DNA of 64,000 nt from Octopus bimaculoides (Eukaryota), in contig NC_068987.1 in assembly GCF_001194135.2 (NCBI RefSeq), positions 5,320,577 through 5,384,576 on the forward strand, in the 5' to 3' direction. Each line of letters begins with the position of its first letter. Position 1 is the first letter of the stretch. Below the pieces are notes generated by a model. It was given only the letters and a program-made list of their open reading frames with translations. It made no database searches and had not been told where the DNA came from. Below, piece by piece: positions 63,429 through 64,000 of the stretch. The translations under genes and the position numbers were made by a program.

Positions 63429-63494
63429 TGTGAAGTGTGAAGTGTCAGTCACAGCACAAACTGTGAAGAAATAGATTAAAAGAAACGATTAAAG

Positions 63495-63534
63495 TGTTTA
63501 GAGAGAGAGAGAGAGGGAGGGAGGAGAGAGATAA

Positions 63535-63565
<31 letters not shown>

Positions 63566-63622
63566 AGAGAGAGAGAGGGAGGGAGGGAGGAGAGAGATAA
63601 AGAGAGAGAGAGAGGGAGGGAG

Positions 63623-63653
<31 letters not shown>

Positions 63654-63668
63654 GGAGGAGAGAGATAA

Positions 63669-63708
<40 letters not shown>

Positions 63709-63727
63709 GGAGGAGAGAGATAAAGAG

Positions 63728-63760
<33 letters not shown>

Positions 63761-63839
63761 GAGAGAGGGAGGAGAGAGATAAAGAGAGAGAGAGAGAGAG
63801 AGAGAGGGAGGGAGGAGAGAGAGAGAGAGAGAAAGAGAA

Positions 63840-63873
<34 letters not shown>

Positions 63874-63886
63874 GGGGGAGAGAGAT

Positions 63887-63930
<44 letters not shown>
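63495..63930. repeat. (GA)-rich polypurine tract directly upstream of copy A start exon
   Basis: ~435 nt of GA/GGA/AAAG repeats starting ~70 nt upstream of the ATG. Confidence 0.9.
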
Positions 63931-63933
<3 letters not shown>

Positions 63934-64000
63934 GTTTGTCTTGCCGGGTAGACAGAGAAGCGTTAAAAAAAAAAAGAGACGATGTATGCGAGGGCCGCAA

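Noticed and set aside
63476-64000. 174-aa Ser/Leu-rich ORF
   Set aside because: Translation of the GA/CT tract.

Overview
AT-rich, repeat-dense animal genomic DNA with assembly gaps. The SINE/RTE/microsatellite landscape looks octopod (Octopus-like; this is an inference). The window holds two complete tandem minus-strand genes for cytosolic non-specific dipeptidase (CNDP2-like, peptidase M20A), each with 14 coding exons of matching phase: copy A at 44300-63428 (471 aa) and copy B at 13003-38750 (469 aa). Both keep the metal ligands and catalytic residues. Copy A has clustered substitutions next to the active site (SDNYW>SDNSW, RWR>NWR, DDGAH>DDDLH). One ~475-bp tract is nearly identical between the copies, which suggests gene conversion. 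The non-coding DNA holds tRNA-derived SINEs, RTE 3' ends, Penelope GIY-YIG remnants, an R4/Dong fragment, mariner remnants, hAT and piggyBac-like MITEs, Helitron/Helentron elements and large foldbacks. A five-copy tRNA-headed element carries a minimal type I hammerhead ribozyme motif. One of its insertions has a 13-bp TSD, a 5' inversion and an empty site in the paralogous gene. Everything was read by eye; human CNDP2 numbering is from memory and needs an alignment.
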